From Octopus vulgaris (Eukaryota), in the NCBI GenBank assembly GCA_951406725.2, contig OX597814.1, positions 210,056,001 to 210,120,000 of the forward strand: DNA of 64,000 nt, read 5' to 3'. The notes beneath the pieces were generated by a model. That model saw only the letters and a list, made by a program, of their open reading frames with translations, made no database searches and was not told the DNA's origin. A program made the translations under genes and the position numbers. Of the stretch, positions 14,440-28,390 are shown piece by piece (the first letter of the stretch is position 1; each line of letters opens with the position of its first letter).

Positions 14440-14512
<73 letters not shown>

Positions 14513-15614
14513 TAATTCAGGTTTTCGACCTGAAATACTATCTCTTATAGATGTAGTGTTTAGAAAACACCAAATATATATGACTATACGACAAAAACTG
14601 CCCAGCAGTGGTGGTACAATTGTCAACTACACGTTTGTGCCTCTTTGAATTTTGCTAACAAGTATCTATTCGCAGTTGTCAGTGAATTCTTGCAACTAAT
14701 AGAACTAATGGAACCGAAAGAAGCAGAAATGCTCCTGGACCTCTATTGGACAATTTGTATATAATTTTGTATTTTAACTCATATAATTTTGTATGTTAAC
14801 TCTCTAAATCTATTAGAGATGCTGTATCAGGGTGAATACCGCCGCTGTTTAGGCGTCCAATAAGGTGTCCACATTAAATATGATACACAGATTGCTCTTT
14901 CTCTCTCTCTCTCTATGTTTCGATATGTGTGTGTATGTGGGCGTGTGTGTGTGTGTGTGTGCATGCATGCGTGTCTGTGTACTTCTATATTAATAAAAGC
15001 GAAATTGGACCCCTGTATCTCAGTCAGCATTTGCTCTACATATACGTATTATATCTTTTTTGAAATCAGGATGACCACGGGATTGAAAATCTGTCCTTCG
15101 TTTGGTTCTTAAACATTCCGCATTGGAATGGAATTTAAAATCACCTAACATTTACTGCATAGGAAAGTAAATGCAATCCGGGATTTGACCCATGAATTTC
15201 GCGCAGATTAAGAACTGGATGATAAATGTCCCCCGTGAATAATGATGTGTGTAGTGCTCATCTAGGAAATACCCTGCGTGCTAATCTATTTATAGTACCA
15301 TCCAAGTTGCTCTTTTATAAGCAAATGAGACAGGTCACTGGAACGAAGGAGATAAAGACAGCCATACAAAAAAAAAAAAAAGAAAACAAAAACGCATGAG
15401 TAAATCCGAAACGAGGTTATTCGCGGAATACCAACTACTTCAGAGCAGGTGAAAACGTGAATTTCTTGAGGGGTTGCCAAGACATGAAACGACACCACAC
15501 AAGAGATTTGTGCCATTTTCGGAATATGATATTCGCAAGTGGAAGAGAAAGTAAGAATTGAAGCGCTTTGTGACCAGCGATGTATAGAGCCATCTGATCG
15601 TCTGGTCCATAAAG

Positions 15615-15615
<1 letters not shown>

Positions 15616-15700
<85 letters not shown>

Positions 15701-15712
15701 ATATATATATAT

Positions 15713-15784
<72 letters not shown>

Positions 15785-15798
15785 ATATCTATCTATCT
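15616..15798. repeat. (TATC)n microsatellite
   Basis: Direct observation, with a short TA interruption. Confidence 0.97.
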
Positions 15799-15800
15799 GT

Positions 15801-16176
15801 GGAGGCGCCATGTCTCAGTGGTTAGGGCAGCGGACTCGCGGTCATAGGATCGCGGTTTCGATTCCCAGACCGGGCATTGTGAGTGTTTATTGAGCGAAAA
15901 CACCTAAAAGCTCCACGAGGGTCCGGCAGGGGATGGTGGTGATCCCTGCTGTACTCTTTCACCACAACTTTCTCTCACTCTTACTTCCTGTTTCTGTTGT
16001 ACCTGTATTTCAAAGGGCCGGCCTTGTCACTCTCTGTGTCACGCTGAATATCCCCGAGAACTACGTTAAGGGTACACGTGCCTGTGGAGTGCTCAGCCAC
16101 TTACACGATAATTTCACGAGCAGGCTGTTCCGTTGATTCGGATCGACCGGAACCCTCGTCGTCGTAACCGACGGAG
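15801..16176 (+). mobile_element. tRNA-derived SINE family C, tail type 1
   Basis: A-box tgtctcagtgg and B-box gtttcgattcc; about 170-bp head shared with 22404 and 45344; distinct 3' body ending cgtcgtaaccgacggag. Confidence 0.85.
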
Positions 16177-16244
16177 AAAGAAGAGATTTATCTATCTATC
16201 TGTCTGTCCGGACGTATGTATAAGTATTTATGTGCATATGCATA

Positions 16245-16298
<54 letters not shown>

Positions 16299-16347
16299 CA
16301 TATATATATACATATATATATATACATACATATATATATATACATCC

Positions 16348-16379
<32 letters not shown>

Positions 16380-16447
16380 ACATAGCATATAAACGTGGTT
16401 GTGGTGTCTATGTGTACGAGTATGCATATGTCTACATAAGCACAGAG

Positions 16448-16498
<51 letters not shown>

Positions 16499-16723
16499 CA
16501 GAGAGAGAGACAGAGAGAGAGAGTGAGAAATCATAGAGTAGCTTTTTCCGCGTTATAAATCGTCGACGACAGGTTTTCGATATATAACTCTAAGTAGTTA
16601 TAAGTAGTTATCATTGTGAATGCTTCTAGCAGCTGTTGACAGGAAGACGGTGAGTTAATTCAGGAAGACTGAAATCGCTATACTCAATAATGCCGGTTTC
16701 TACGATTATCATCATCATATTTG

Positions 16724-16792
16724 ATCATTGGCTTTGACGTCATTGACTTGGCCATCACAATCATGAATGTCTGATCAACAATGGCATTGGTA
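16724..16792. promoter_or_regulatory. Candidate cis-regulatory cluster: perfect CRE with inverted CCAAT boxes
   Basis: TGACGTCA at about 16736-16743, flanked by ATTGG at about 16726 and 16786, in non-repetitive sequence. Motif match only. Confidence 0.25.
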
Positions 16793-16937
16793 ATTGAAAT
16801 ATATAATTGTTGCTGTATAGATCAAGGGAGAGAGAGAAAGAGAGGGAGGGAAAGAGAGAGAAAGAGAAAGAGAGAGAGACAGACAGACAGACATGTATAT
16901 GTGTGCATGTGTATGTACATATATATAAATATATGTT

Positions 16938-17026
<89 letters not shown>

Positions 17027-17151
17027 GTATATTGTGTATATATATACATGTCGAATTGATTATATATCTGTATATGTATATTATGTAATATATAATATAT
17101 ACATATATGTATATGTATGTATATATATATATATATATATGTCTGTGTGTG

Positions 17152-17206
<55 letters not shown>

Positions 17207-18225
17207 CTGTGTCTGTGTGTATCATCAAATAGATTACAAAGAAAGGGAAAGTGTTGGTGTTTTCTATTAAAAAATGTAGCAAGTTTTATGTTTGTTTCAT
17301 TTTATTTGTTAATATATTTATTTTATATACTCATGTTGTTTTTTTTTTTTTTTTTGTCATAACGGTTTTCCTTAGCTCGGAACACCTGCAGCGACTATGA
17401 AAAAACATAACTCAGCAACAGCAGTAACAAGAAGACAATACCAAAAAAAAAAAAAAAAAAAAAAAAAACAAAACAAATTAAAAACAAAATAAAAAAAAAA
17501 AACAAACAGTAACAACAGTAACACCAGATAACCAATAATGATGCTGTCAACTTGAACACAGACACAGAATGTGAAAAGAAATATGAAAAAAAAACAAAAC
17601 AAAACAAAATAAAATACAGAGAGCAATTTACTTATTAGTATATTAAATATACATACGAAAGACACATCTAAACGCCATACAGAAGACCACCACCACCACC
17701 ACCACCACAACCATTACCATATATCATTATAGTCAACACGACCACTTCCACCATTATCGTCAACGGTATCGTCATCATCCATATTATTTTTACGACAACA
17801 ACATCACACAACATCACTAAAAACGAGTTTAGATCTGACGAATTAATACAACTACACACAACAAACAGTATTTTATGAACACTTATAGTTGGCTTTAAAT
17901 CCCGAATATCTAAGAGCAATTCTAGAAAATGCAGCTGTATTTTCGATGAATGCGGATGGAGTTGATATCGTATTCGGATGAAGTTGCTATTTTAGAAGTT
18001 AGACAACTTAACCTTCTGACTTGGATGCCATTCTGACTGTCAGATCTAGTTAGTAAGCATCTGCCATTCATTCTCATCTCAGCGTTAATTCGTGAATGCA
18101 TTACGGAACTGAATTTATTCTCAAGAGCAAATAATGGCAATTTTATTCATACGGACATCCGTGATTGTTGTTGTCCTCATTGCTGTCGTTATTTATAATA
18201 ATAATAAAAATAAAAATAATAATAA

Positions 18226-18266
<41 letters not shown>

Positions 18267-18415
18267 ATAATAATGATAATAATAATAATAATAACAAAAA
18301 TAATAACAATGGTTTCAGACAAGCTATACTATTGAAGCAAGGAGACCAGCTATAATCATGGAGTGCAGAAACACACACACACACACACGCACGCACACAC
18401 GCACACACAAACACA

Positions 18416-18454
<39 letters not shown>

Positions 18455-18477
18455 ACACAAACAGAAGGAAACAACAT

Positions 18478-18796
18478 CAAAAATTGTATGATCACAGATT
18501 TTGCAATAACATATGATAGTAGATAGGATATCAAAGAATTTTGAGAAAATTGAGAAAATTAAGAAATATCAGGATCTAGCCAGAGAGATGAAGAGATTGT
18601 TGAACACAAAGGTGAAAATTGTTATTAATTGGTGCACTTGGCACAACGTTCAAAGAGCTAAGAGGCTGAAGGATATTGGAAATGAGATACGTGCTGTCGA
18701 CCTGCAGTAAAAGTGCTTTCCAGTAATCCTAAGAAAGATTCGGGAGATTTGAGGAGACTCACTGTCACCAAACCTAAGGAAAACATCCCTGCTAAT
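18478..18796 (+). mobile_element. R4/Dong-like RLE non-LTR retrotransposon 3' fragment (copy 1)
   Basis: KNCMITDFAITYDS...EKIKKYQDLAREMKRLLNTKVKIV...GALGT...RLKDIG...DLQ is a restriction-like endonuclease C-terminus. Confidence 0.75.
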
Positions 18797-18927
18797 TCAA
18801 TTTTCATTTACTCTTGTCTTAAACCATTTGAAGCAGACAAACCTACTGTTGAAATATTCTGTGTTTTATTGCATATTACCATCAATATTTTCTTATATAT
18901 CGCTCTCTTCTGATTGTATATTATTGC

Positions 18928-18983
<56 letters not shown>

Positions 18984-18984
<1 letters not shown>

Positions 18985-19379
18985 GTTTTTTGCTTCTTTC
19001 TTCAAATTTTCTTCCGTTTCTCGCCGAGTGTTTTCCATACACCTAGGGCAGAGAAGGGCATTGCATGCATTCCCAGATTACACGCGCAAATTCACAGATA
19101 AAATATGTATTTAAAAATTAATAAATAAATAAATTCATGGATGGATGTTATTTTCACAGCGATAGTGTTCTTCTCAGTACATGAGCCGTTCCAGTCAATA
19201 CGATTTTTTGCACTTCCTGTAGGGATGGTAAGCCTGGAATCATTTTCAAATAGGTTTCAGTACCTTTTTTTATCATTCCTAGAGATCCTACAATCACTGG
19301 CACTGTAGTCGCCTTGAAAGGCAACATTTTTTCAATTTCTATTCGCAGGTCTTTATATTTACTAATCTTGTCAAATGCT
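18984..19379 (-). mobile_element. R4/Dong-like RLE retrotransposon 3' fragment (copy 2)
   Basis: DKISKYKDLRIEIEKM...TVPVIVGSLGMIKKGTETYLKMIPGLPSLQEVQKIVLTGTAHVLRRTLS, then a 3' UTR running into (TAA)n; ATT runs on both sides. Confidence 0.85.
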
Positions 19380-19399
19380 TTATTATTATTATTATTATT

Positions 19400-20123
19400 C
19401 AGTAGTATATTTTTTATATCGTGCTTTCACTTCACTACCGAGCGCAGCTCTGTGTGCCTCGGGTATGTGCTGTGATTTGTTGTGATGTTCTGATGGTTAT
19501 TGCATGGAAAGTGTTCTGCGTAGGATGTGTGCAGTGCCTAGTAGTGCAATTTTCTGTATGTTATATGTGTTTGTAAGTCCTGGTGTTTTTGTTATGTATT
19601 TGTCTGAATATTTTTTTATCATGCCTAATGCACCTACTATGATAGGAATTGTTTCTGTTTTTAGATTCCACATTCTGGTTACCTCTATTTCCAGGTCTTT
19701 GTATTTTGAGAGTTTCTCCATTTCTTTTAGAGACACGTTGTCATCTGCCGGTATTGATACATCAATTAGAAAGCATTTTTTTCTTCATGATCTCTGACAA
19801 CTATATCTGGTCTGTTGGCCTTAATTTCTCTATCTGTGTGTATCGGCATATCCCAGAGTATGGTTGCTTTCTCGTTTTCTGTGATCTTTTCTGGTGTGTG
19901 CCTATACCATCTTTTTTCTATTGTTATTCCATAGTGTTAGCATAGTTTCCAGTGTGTGTAGGTTCCAACTCTGTCATGTCTGTGAATATATATTCCTTCT
20001 TAGCCAGGACTGGGCAGTCAGAGATAATATGATTTATTGTTTCTTGCCCATCTCCACATATTCTGCAGTTACTTGTTATATTTCTTTTCATTACATGTTT
20101 TTGGTAATTTCTGGTGGGGAGGC

Positions 20124-20124
<1 letters not shown>
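19400..20124 (-). mobile_element. R4/Dong-like RLE retrotransposon 3' fragment (copy 3), CCHC plus PD-(D/E)xK nuclease
   Basis: CRICGDGQETINHIISDC zinc knuckle, RHD, ANRPDIVVRD...LIDVSIP...EKLSKYKDL...IIVGALG...LGTAHILRRTLS; bounded by ATT runs at 19380 and 20125. Confidence 0.92.
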
Positions 20125-20179
<55 letters not shown>

Positions 20180-20277
20180 TTCAGAGTTCAGATTCCGACG
20201 AGGTTGACTTTATCGTTTATCCTTTTGAGATGCATTCCGTCAATATTTCAAGCCCTGTGGCTATAGTAGAAAGTCGT

Positions 20278-20600
20278 CTTCTTCTTCTTCTTCTTCTTCT
20301 TCTTCTTCTTCTTCTTCTTCTTCTTCTTCTTCTTCTTCTTCTTCTTCTTCTTCTTCTTCTTCTTCTTCTTCTTCTCCTCCTTCTTCTTCTTCTCCTCCTC
20401 CTTCTTCTTTTTCTTCTTCTTCTTCTAAATAGTAGTAGCAGTGGTGGTGGTAGTAATAGCAGTAAGGGCAGTAGTAGTAGTAGTAGTAGTAGTAGTAGCA
20501 GTAATAGTGGTGGTGGTGATGGTAGTAGCAGCAGCAGCAGCAGAAGCAGCACCAGCAGCAGTAGCAATAGTAGTAGTGATAGTAGTGGATGCTGCTACAG
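20278..20600. repeat. (CTT)n followed by (AGT/AGC/GGT)n compound microsatellite
   Basis: Direct observation. Confidence 0.97.
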
Positions 20601-21311
20601 TAGGAGGCCTGGTGTACGAATTTAGCTCAAATTTCCATTTGTTATTGTTTTTAGTTTGATATGTCCTTTACTATATCAGGATCTCGTCTCTCGTTACAAT
20701 GTCTTGTATATCACAAATACAAAGAAAACATTGCGATTAAATATCCACCAACACCTCACAATTTTGCTCAACTAGGTGGGATTTCAAACACAACAACGAT
20801 GTTTATCGAAACATATTCTTCCATTCTTTTTGGAGTTTGTTTTCCTCTTTTATTCCATTCATATATTCTAGAAAGTTTCTCAAGTACCCACTGTCGCTCC
20901 TCGTCTTCTCTCATGTTGTATATTCTTATTTTTCTTGCTTGTACATATATTGATATTTTTCCTTGAAGTTGTTGAAGTTATTCCTATAAATGCTATTATC
21001 ATTGTTGATATTACTGTTGGTAGAACGGCATTTGGAAAAGAAAAATAAACCAACTAAACGTAAATAAGAAAAGAATAAAACCCCATCTATTCCAGCGTTA
21101 GAGATTCCCACTTTGGTTCCTTTGCCAAATCTTCCAATAATGCAGTACAATTTTAAAACATTTCTTCCATTTTATTTTTCTGTTTATCGCTTTATTATCC
21201 TACCTTGCAGCATATAATTTTCTTGCAAAATACTGCTAAACAACACATATGTTTTAACAAAATACTCGTGTTTTACGAATCCATATGCACAACTCGTACG
21301 TTATTTCTTAG

Positions 21312-21363
<52 letters not shown>

Positions 21364-21364
21364 G

Positions 21365-21442
<78 letters not shown>

Positions 21443-21583
21443 TGTTTATATATATGTATATGTGTAAGTATATCTATCTCTATAGATATATACATATATG
21501 TATATATATGCATACTCACATATGTATGAGTGTGAATGTCAATGTGTGTGCGTGTGTGCATATATATATATATAGGTATACAC

Positions 21584-21623
<40 letters not shown>

Positions 21624-22122
21624 GTTGATATATATATGTATGTATATATGAATGTTTGTATGTATTATGCTGTGAAATTTCCGTAGTTATGTATAGAGAC
21701 TTTACGTTACGCCCTTGGCTACAAAACGAAGGAACTCAAATTATAGTTTGATGTGCCAAAAGATATACTAAAATATTTCTTTATTTCGTGCTGCACGAAA
21801 CCCATGCTTCTAGTATGAAAATTCTAAGGAGAATTGGGCAAGAATAAGCATTTTTCAGCCAAAGAAATTCCATGGGAAAGTGGTTATATTTGTATCATAT
21901 TGTGTGTGTTTATTCAGTAATATACCAATAAAAGTTTTAATTGACACATGATTCTCATACTGAAAATACATACGCTCATGAAAATACATACATACTTACA
22001 CAAATGCGCCACACGTATTCACGCATACACATACAACTATATGACACGAATGTATTGTTAGTGACGATGACTCTTAACAAAAATAACCATTCAAAGACAG
22101 GCACAAACTACCCGTCTATCTG

Positions 22123-22195
<73 letters not shown>

Positions 22196-22217
22196 ACACA
22201 ACCACCCACCCACATCC

Positions 22218-22250
<33 letters not shown>

Positions 22251-22288
22251 CACACACATACATATATACTTACATATGTGTATTTATA

Positions 22289-22336
<48 letters not shown>

Positions 22337-22360
22337 ATTATATATGTATATTTATATGCA

Positions 22361-22401
<41 letters not shown>

Positions 22402-22403
22402 AC

Positions 22404-22706
22404 GGAGGTGCAATGGCCCAGTGGTTAGCGCAGCCGATTCGCGATCGCCGTTTCGATTCCCAGATCGGGCGTTGTGTGTGTTTATTGATCGAAAATTCCT
22501 AAAAGCTCTACGAGGCTCTGACAAAGGGTGATGGCGACTCCTGTTGTACTTTTCACCACAACTTTCTTTCGCTCTCCCTTTACGTTTCTTGAATAACGCT
22601 GCGATGGACTGTCGCCCCGTCCAGGTGTGGGGAACACATACGCACAGAAACCTTGAAGCCGGGCCCATGTGCCTGGGTAGGCTTCAAAAACGGGCGACGT
22701 TTTTAT
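22404..22706 (+). mobile_element. tRNA-derived SINE family C, tail type 2
   Basis: Same head as 15801 with a small deletion, then ctgcgatggactgtcgccccgtccagg...cagaaacc, reminiscent of V-domain SINE bodies. Confidence 0.8.
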
Positions 22707-22726
22707 TGTTTTATATATATATATAT

Positions 22727-22793
<67 letters not shown>

Positions 22794-22808
22794 ATATATA
22801 TATATATG

Positions 22809-22865
<57 letters not shown>

Positions 22866-23528
22866 ACATACATATTTACATATGTATATGCTGATGAACA
22901 TATATACATAACTATATACATTTATAACATCGGTATATGTGCATGTGTGTGACTATGTGTATGTGTACTTGCGCATATTGACCAACATTACCTATATAGC
23001 AAATATTTGGAATGTTTGATAGAAGAAACATTTTAAAAATTACATTAAGCCTTTTTAGGTAATTTCTAATGTATATCTATTGAGGATATCAAAAATAATA
23101 TTTCATCAAAAAGAAAAAGAATCTACAATCAAATTAACATGACAAAAATGCATAATAAATTGCTTTCCTTAAAAAAAAAATGAAAATCTATTGATGAATA
23201 TATGCACGATATTTATATGTGCATGTGTATGCGTCCATGTGCATGTGTGTGGATATGTGTGTTTTACTTTTGTCCAAATCCTCGTTGAAAGTAAATGAAG
23301 AAAATACTACTTTGAAATAGAATGGCTGTTTGGTAATATGATTTGTTTTCGCAATAAATTCCAAATTTTGAAATGTAATATGGAAGATGATTTTTTTTTA
23401 AGAGATGCTTTAATGTACATATTTGTTCTTTATTGATTTGTATATGTTCCACAACTTTTGGTGTGGTTTTTGTCGTTCTTAACGTCATGTTATTTGATGG
23501 AGTAAAAGAAAAAGGGGCACAGAAAGAG

Positions 23529-23566
<38 letters not shown>

Positions 23567-23764
23567 AGGTGAAAGAAGATAGAGAAAAGGAAAGAAAATG
23601 AAAGTAAAAGATGAGTGGGCGGCCAGGGGAGATAAGAGAGAGAGAATTACATAACAGGAATGCATATGACATCAATTGTTATGCGTACACACGCACACGC
23701 ACACACACACACATATATTTGTATACACACATACACATATATAGATATATGTGTTTGTGTGTGT

Positions 23765-23803
<39 letters not shown>

Positions 23804-23970
23804 CGTGTGTGTACACTAATGCGTTATGTGTTCATTTTGTTTTAATGTTCTGCTACACTCACTGGTTGAATACACATATACGACTTAGCAAACATTGATG
23901 TGATAAACAGATGTAAACATCTTGATGTAAATCTGCGTATAGATAAATGCACATGTGCGTATATATATAT

Positions 23971-24013
<43 letters not shown>

Positions 24014-24221
24014 TATGCGTGTAAGTAAGTATGGATCTCTGTGTCAATGTGTATTTACGACATGGAACGACATCTTAGACAACGAATAACATCTAATAGA
24101 TGTCAAGGCTTAATACATTCATTAGATGCTAAAAAAACATTCTATACACACATATACTTATACATACCTATATACGTATATACGTGTTTATATATATTTA
24201 TATATATGTATATATATATAT

Positions 24222-24264
<43 letters not shown>

Positions 24265-24389
24265 CACAAGAATATATATATATATATATATATATATTGA
24301 TAAAAATGGTAAGACAACAAAAGAAAGAAACCGATATGCAATATGTTGTCTTCTTTTGTCTTCTCTCTCTTTCTTTCACATATTACATT

Positions 24390-24424
<35 letters not shown>

Positions 24425-24784
24425 TTGTGTGTGTGTGTGTGTGTGTGCATCTATTCATGTATGAGTGTATATGATGGAGTTTCTATTTTTAGAAAATCTA
24501 GCAACTATATATAGAGATCATCTGCATGTCTTCTGCCAAACACTATCTAAGGGGTCACGATATGTTTGTTATGCAGTTACAGTTGGTATCAAGTCTGTCC
24601 CATGGTCAAATGGTTTGTATGTAATGTATTTATATATATTTATGGATACACAAGAAAATAGGATGTGTGCTGAGGCAGATGTTCTTCCAACTTGTTTCTT
24701 ACCACATACCAGCGCTTGATATGGTATGAATGTGTGTGTTTGTGGTGTTTGTGTGTATGCGTGTGTGCGTTTGTCTGTGTGTGT

Positions 24785-25078
24785 TGGGCTGTGCTACCCG
24801 AAAAAGATTCTCAATGTCATAGTTTCTTTTCAGTAAATGATGATGGCTTCTGTCAGATCTAGCGGGGAAGAGCCCGATTCATTCACAGTTTCAAATGAGA
24901 CAAAACCTGGCTGTGTTCTTGCGTTACTCTTTTATGCATTGCATTTCTCCATCACGTTGGAAACAGTGTTCGATGGTGTTAAAGAAGCAATAAACTTTGA
25001 GTAGAGAACTGGTGGTGGCTTGTTGAACCAATCCCGTTTCAGAGTAAAAATTAAGTCTGTGGTGAAAATAGTTTGAAT
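24785..25078 (+). mobile_element. RTE (BovB-like) reverse transcriptase fragment
   Basis: PEKILNVIVSF*MMASVRSSGEEPDSFTVSNETKPGCVLALLF...FE*RTGGGLLNQSRFRVKIK matches RTE motifs GVKQGCVLAP...YRTDGxLFNLRRL. Confidence 0.8.
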
Positions 25079-25217
25079 AATATATATATGTGAGAGAAAT
25101 TGGTATCCAGAAGACAGGTAAGATGACAGGTAAGTCAACGTAAGTGCTTACTGGACTCTCGGTTCGATAATAATACGAATGAGGAGTCTAATGCGGGTTT
25201 TGTGTGAGTGTGTAAAC

Positions 25218-25681
25218 GTTAAATAAACTGAGACTCAAAAACAAGGCTGTGTGGAATTTATAGAACATTTATAAAGAGAAAAGTAGACTTAAAGCTGTTT
25301 CTGGGATAATAAGGATATTCCTGCATCAGAGACGATAATAGAGTTAACAAGAAGGAAATTGTAGAGTTCAATATAAGGGGTTATTTTGGAAAAGGATGAA
25401 TATAGGAAGTATAATGGGAAATAACTCATTCCTTGGATAATGGAAATCCAACTGTAACATCCCACAAATATTTAAACTTTATTTTTATTCTCTTATTTCT
25501 CTTTATACTTCCTACAAAAATAACTCCCCATATTACTATTTCCTTCAGGTTAACTGTCTCATATCCTCTCTGATGAAGGGATATCGCTAATATCTTAGAA
25601 ACAATGTAAAACTACCTTTCCCTTTATAAATGTCCTATAAATTCCATACAGCCTTGGTTTTGTTGTCTGATTTTATTTAAC
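25218..25681. mobile_element. Inverted pair of Penelope-type terminal repeats, each with a decayed minimal hammerhead
   Basis: Arms about 25218-25420 and 25500-25681 are reverse complements. Plus arm CTGATGA-A-GGGATA...TATCTTA-GAAAC (25570-25602); minus arm CTGATGC...TATCCCA-GAAACAGCT. Confidence 0.75.
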
Positions 25682-25825
25682 ACACACACACACATACACA
25701 CACACATATATATATTCATCTATATGTGTGTGTATGTATATATATATATTTATATATATATGTATGTATATATGTGTATATATATACAGATGGGAGTATG
25801 TGTTTATGTAAACATTATCTCTGTC

Positions 25826-25887
<62 letters not shown>

Positions 25888-26172
25888 TATACATATATAT
25901 ATGTATATATCGTTATATTTACATATGTATGTACGTATATATATATGTGTGTGTGTGTGTGTATGCGTGTGTATATGCATATATTTCCAAATATATGTGT
26001 ACATGAGCATATAGATACATGTATGTATCTATTTCTATCTGTATTTATCTATCTCTATGTATTTTTGCGTATATATGTGTTTGTAAATTTATATGAATAT
26101 GTATGCATATATAATATATATACATATATATATGCATATATATATATATTTATATATATACATGTATATATA

Positions 26173-26211
<39 letters not shown>

Positions 26212-26229
26212 AATGCATATATATATAAT

Positions 26230-26292
<63 letters not shown>

Positions 26293-28187
26293 GCATATAT
26301 ATATATATAAATAAATATACATTTTACGTGTATGTGCGTTTTATGTATACTGTTACGATAAGCGTATTATATTGATATAATTGAAATGTTCCAATAGAAT
26401 TCGAAAGATAACTACTTCAATTATTTTTCCTAATAAGAATAAATTTCATTTTTCTATTATGAGCAAACAATGCTTTTTTTTCAATTAATCACTAATTGCA
26501 TTGTATAATTATGGTTTTGTTTAAAACTATACTTTAGTCATGCTTATTTTCTTCAATTTTCTTTTATCAGTTTCTCTTTGTGCAAATGATTTTTCTTTAT
26601 TCTCTTTTACTGATTACTCGGAACGACGTTGCGCTCTCTTAGTCAGAGATAATAGTCTGAAAGTCTGGTTAATGAATCTTTCAAACAAAATAGAAATGAA
26701 CAGCAAGGAAAAGTGGAAGACATGAATAAATTAGAAGATGGTAACAACTCCGATAACGATAACACAACGGATTTTATAGGAAGATTCCAATTGTAATCAC
26801 GATTAGAAATTAATTGAGAAATGATTATGAAGTAAGCCAATATTTCATTCTTCTAATTCCCATTTTATTTCTCCTAAGATTGTTTGAAACTAATGAGATG
26901 TTTCCTTGTATCTTTGTTTTAAATATCTACATCATGCAAAAAATAGGTTAGCTTATTCGGAACTGCTAACCTGTATATTTTACATCTAGCAGTCTTATAC
27001 GATGAAATGTAATTTACTTAATATATAATTCACGTGTTCATCCATATATAGATAGCAAATATCAAAATATCATTTATATATTTGATTGTTACTAGTCCAT
27101 AAATGCATAATGTGTATGCATAGTCGACTGAATCTTCTCCAATATAAATTCAGCATTAATTTATAGACTCGGGCGACATGAAATACGAAGGTGAATTTAC
27201 AAAATATGAAGTAAACACATCATGTACGACAGTAAATTCCATTAATTTATTTATTTGGACGCTCTACTATTTCCTAAACTTTGGAGAAATATATGTAATA
27301 CTAACAATATCTTTATTTAATTATGCCTACGATTTCTTAACATGTTCTACGGAATATGGTTTGGTAATCAACCTTGTCCAAAATAAAAGCATCTAGCAAG
27401 CTGATTCATTAACACTGCTTCGAATTAATTTTAAAACTCATTAAATTTCGTGTTAGATTTAAGCTCCCTTGCAAGAAAAAAAATATCATTAATCTCAGTA
27501 TCAAATCCTGCTCTTCCATGACAATATAATTGCAATGGGATTATCAAAATGTAATCGTTATAATGGTTTCGTTGTCCATATTACTTCAGCATTGATATAC
27601 GTTAAAAATATTGCTGGATATAACATTAATATCACAACTTTCACCACAAACTTAATGATGATTGAGTTTTTCTATGTAAAAATTATAAATTTATATTTCC
27701 TAAATTATCTAACATGCTAATATAGCTGAAACCTTTAATTGAGGAATTATAGACTGCATTCCTCTGATGTTGGTGAAGAGACAAATTTGACTAATTTCTG
27801 TAATAATCAAACAAACAATTGGTTATATATTTGCTACGTTCATTTAAATAGATGTGAATGATACTTAGCTAGCGAAACTGGAGCAGATTCTCAATATATG
27901 GTCAAACAGTACCCATGCAAAAACTTGTTTGTGATTTCATTCCCATCTATTTTTCATACAGTATGAGTATAATTGTTATTCCTTGCAAACAATATATAAT
28001 TCCACTTTTTTATCATTTCCTGACATTCAATGTACATTTTAATGAAGAAATTCAGTGACTGCTACTCGATGTTTCCAGATGTCACCTATTGCATTTCGTA
28101 GTGAAGGTTAATTGAACTTTATTTTAAGTAGTTTCCTACTCACCAGAAACTGCAGGAGAGTTAATGCTATCAAATTGCAACGATACG

Positions 28188-28390
<203 letters not shown>

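Noticed and set aside
15801-15875. tRNA gene calls for the SINE heads (also 9845, 22404, 28984, 45344, 63623)
   Set aside because: They have A/B boxes but no acceptor stem or full cloverleaf, and they continue into SINE bodies.
17922-18140. 72-aa minus-strand ORF of normal composition
   Set aside because: An in-frame stop lies just upstream, and there is no clear acceptor or recognisable domain.
19894-20625. Longest ORF (243 aa)
   Set aside because: It is antisense R4 sequence plus ATT, CTT and AGT repeats.
20661-21160. Possible decayed Penelope RT (TYIDIF, NKPT relics)
   Set aside because: The motifs are too degenerate to support by eye; a translated search is needed.
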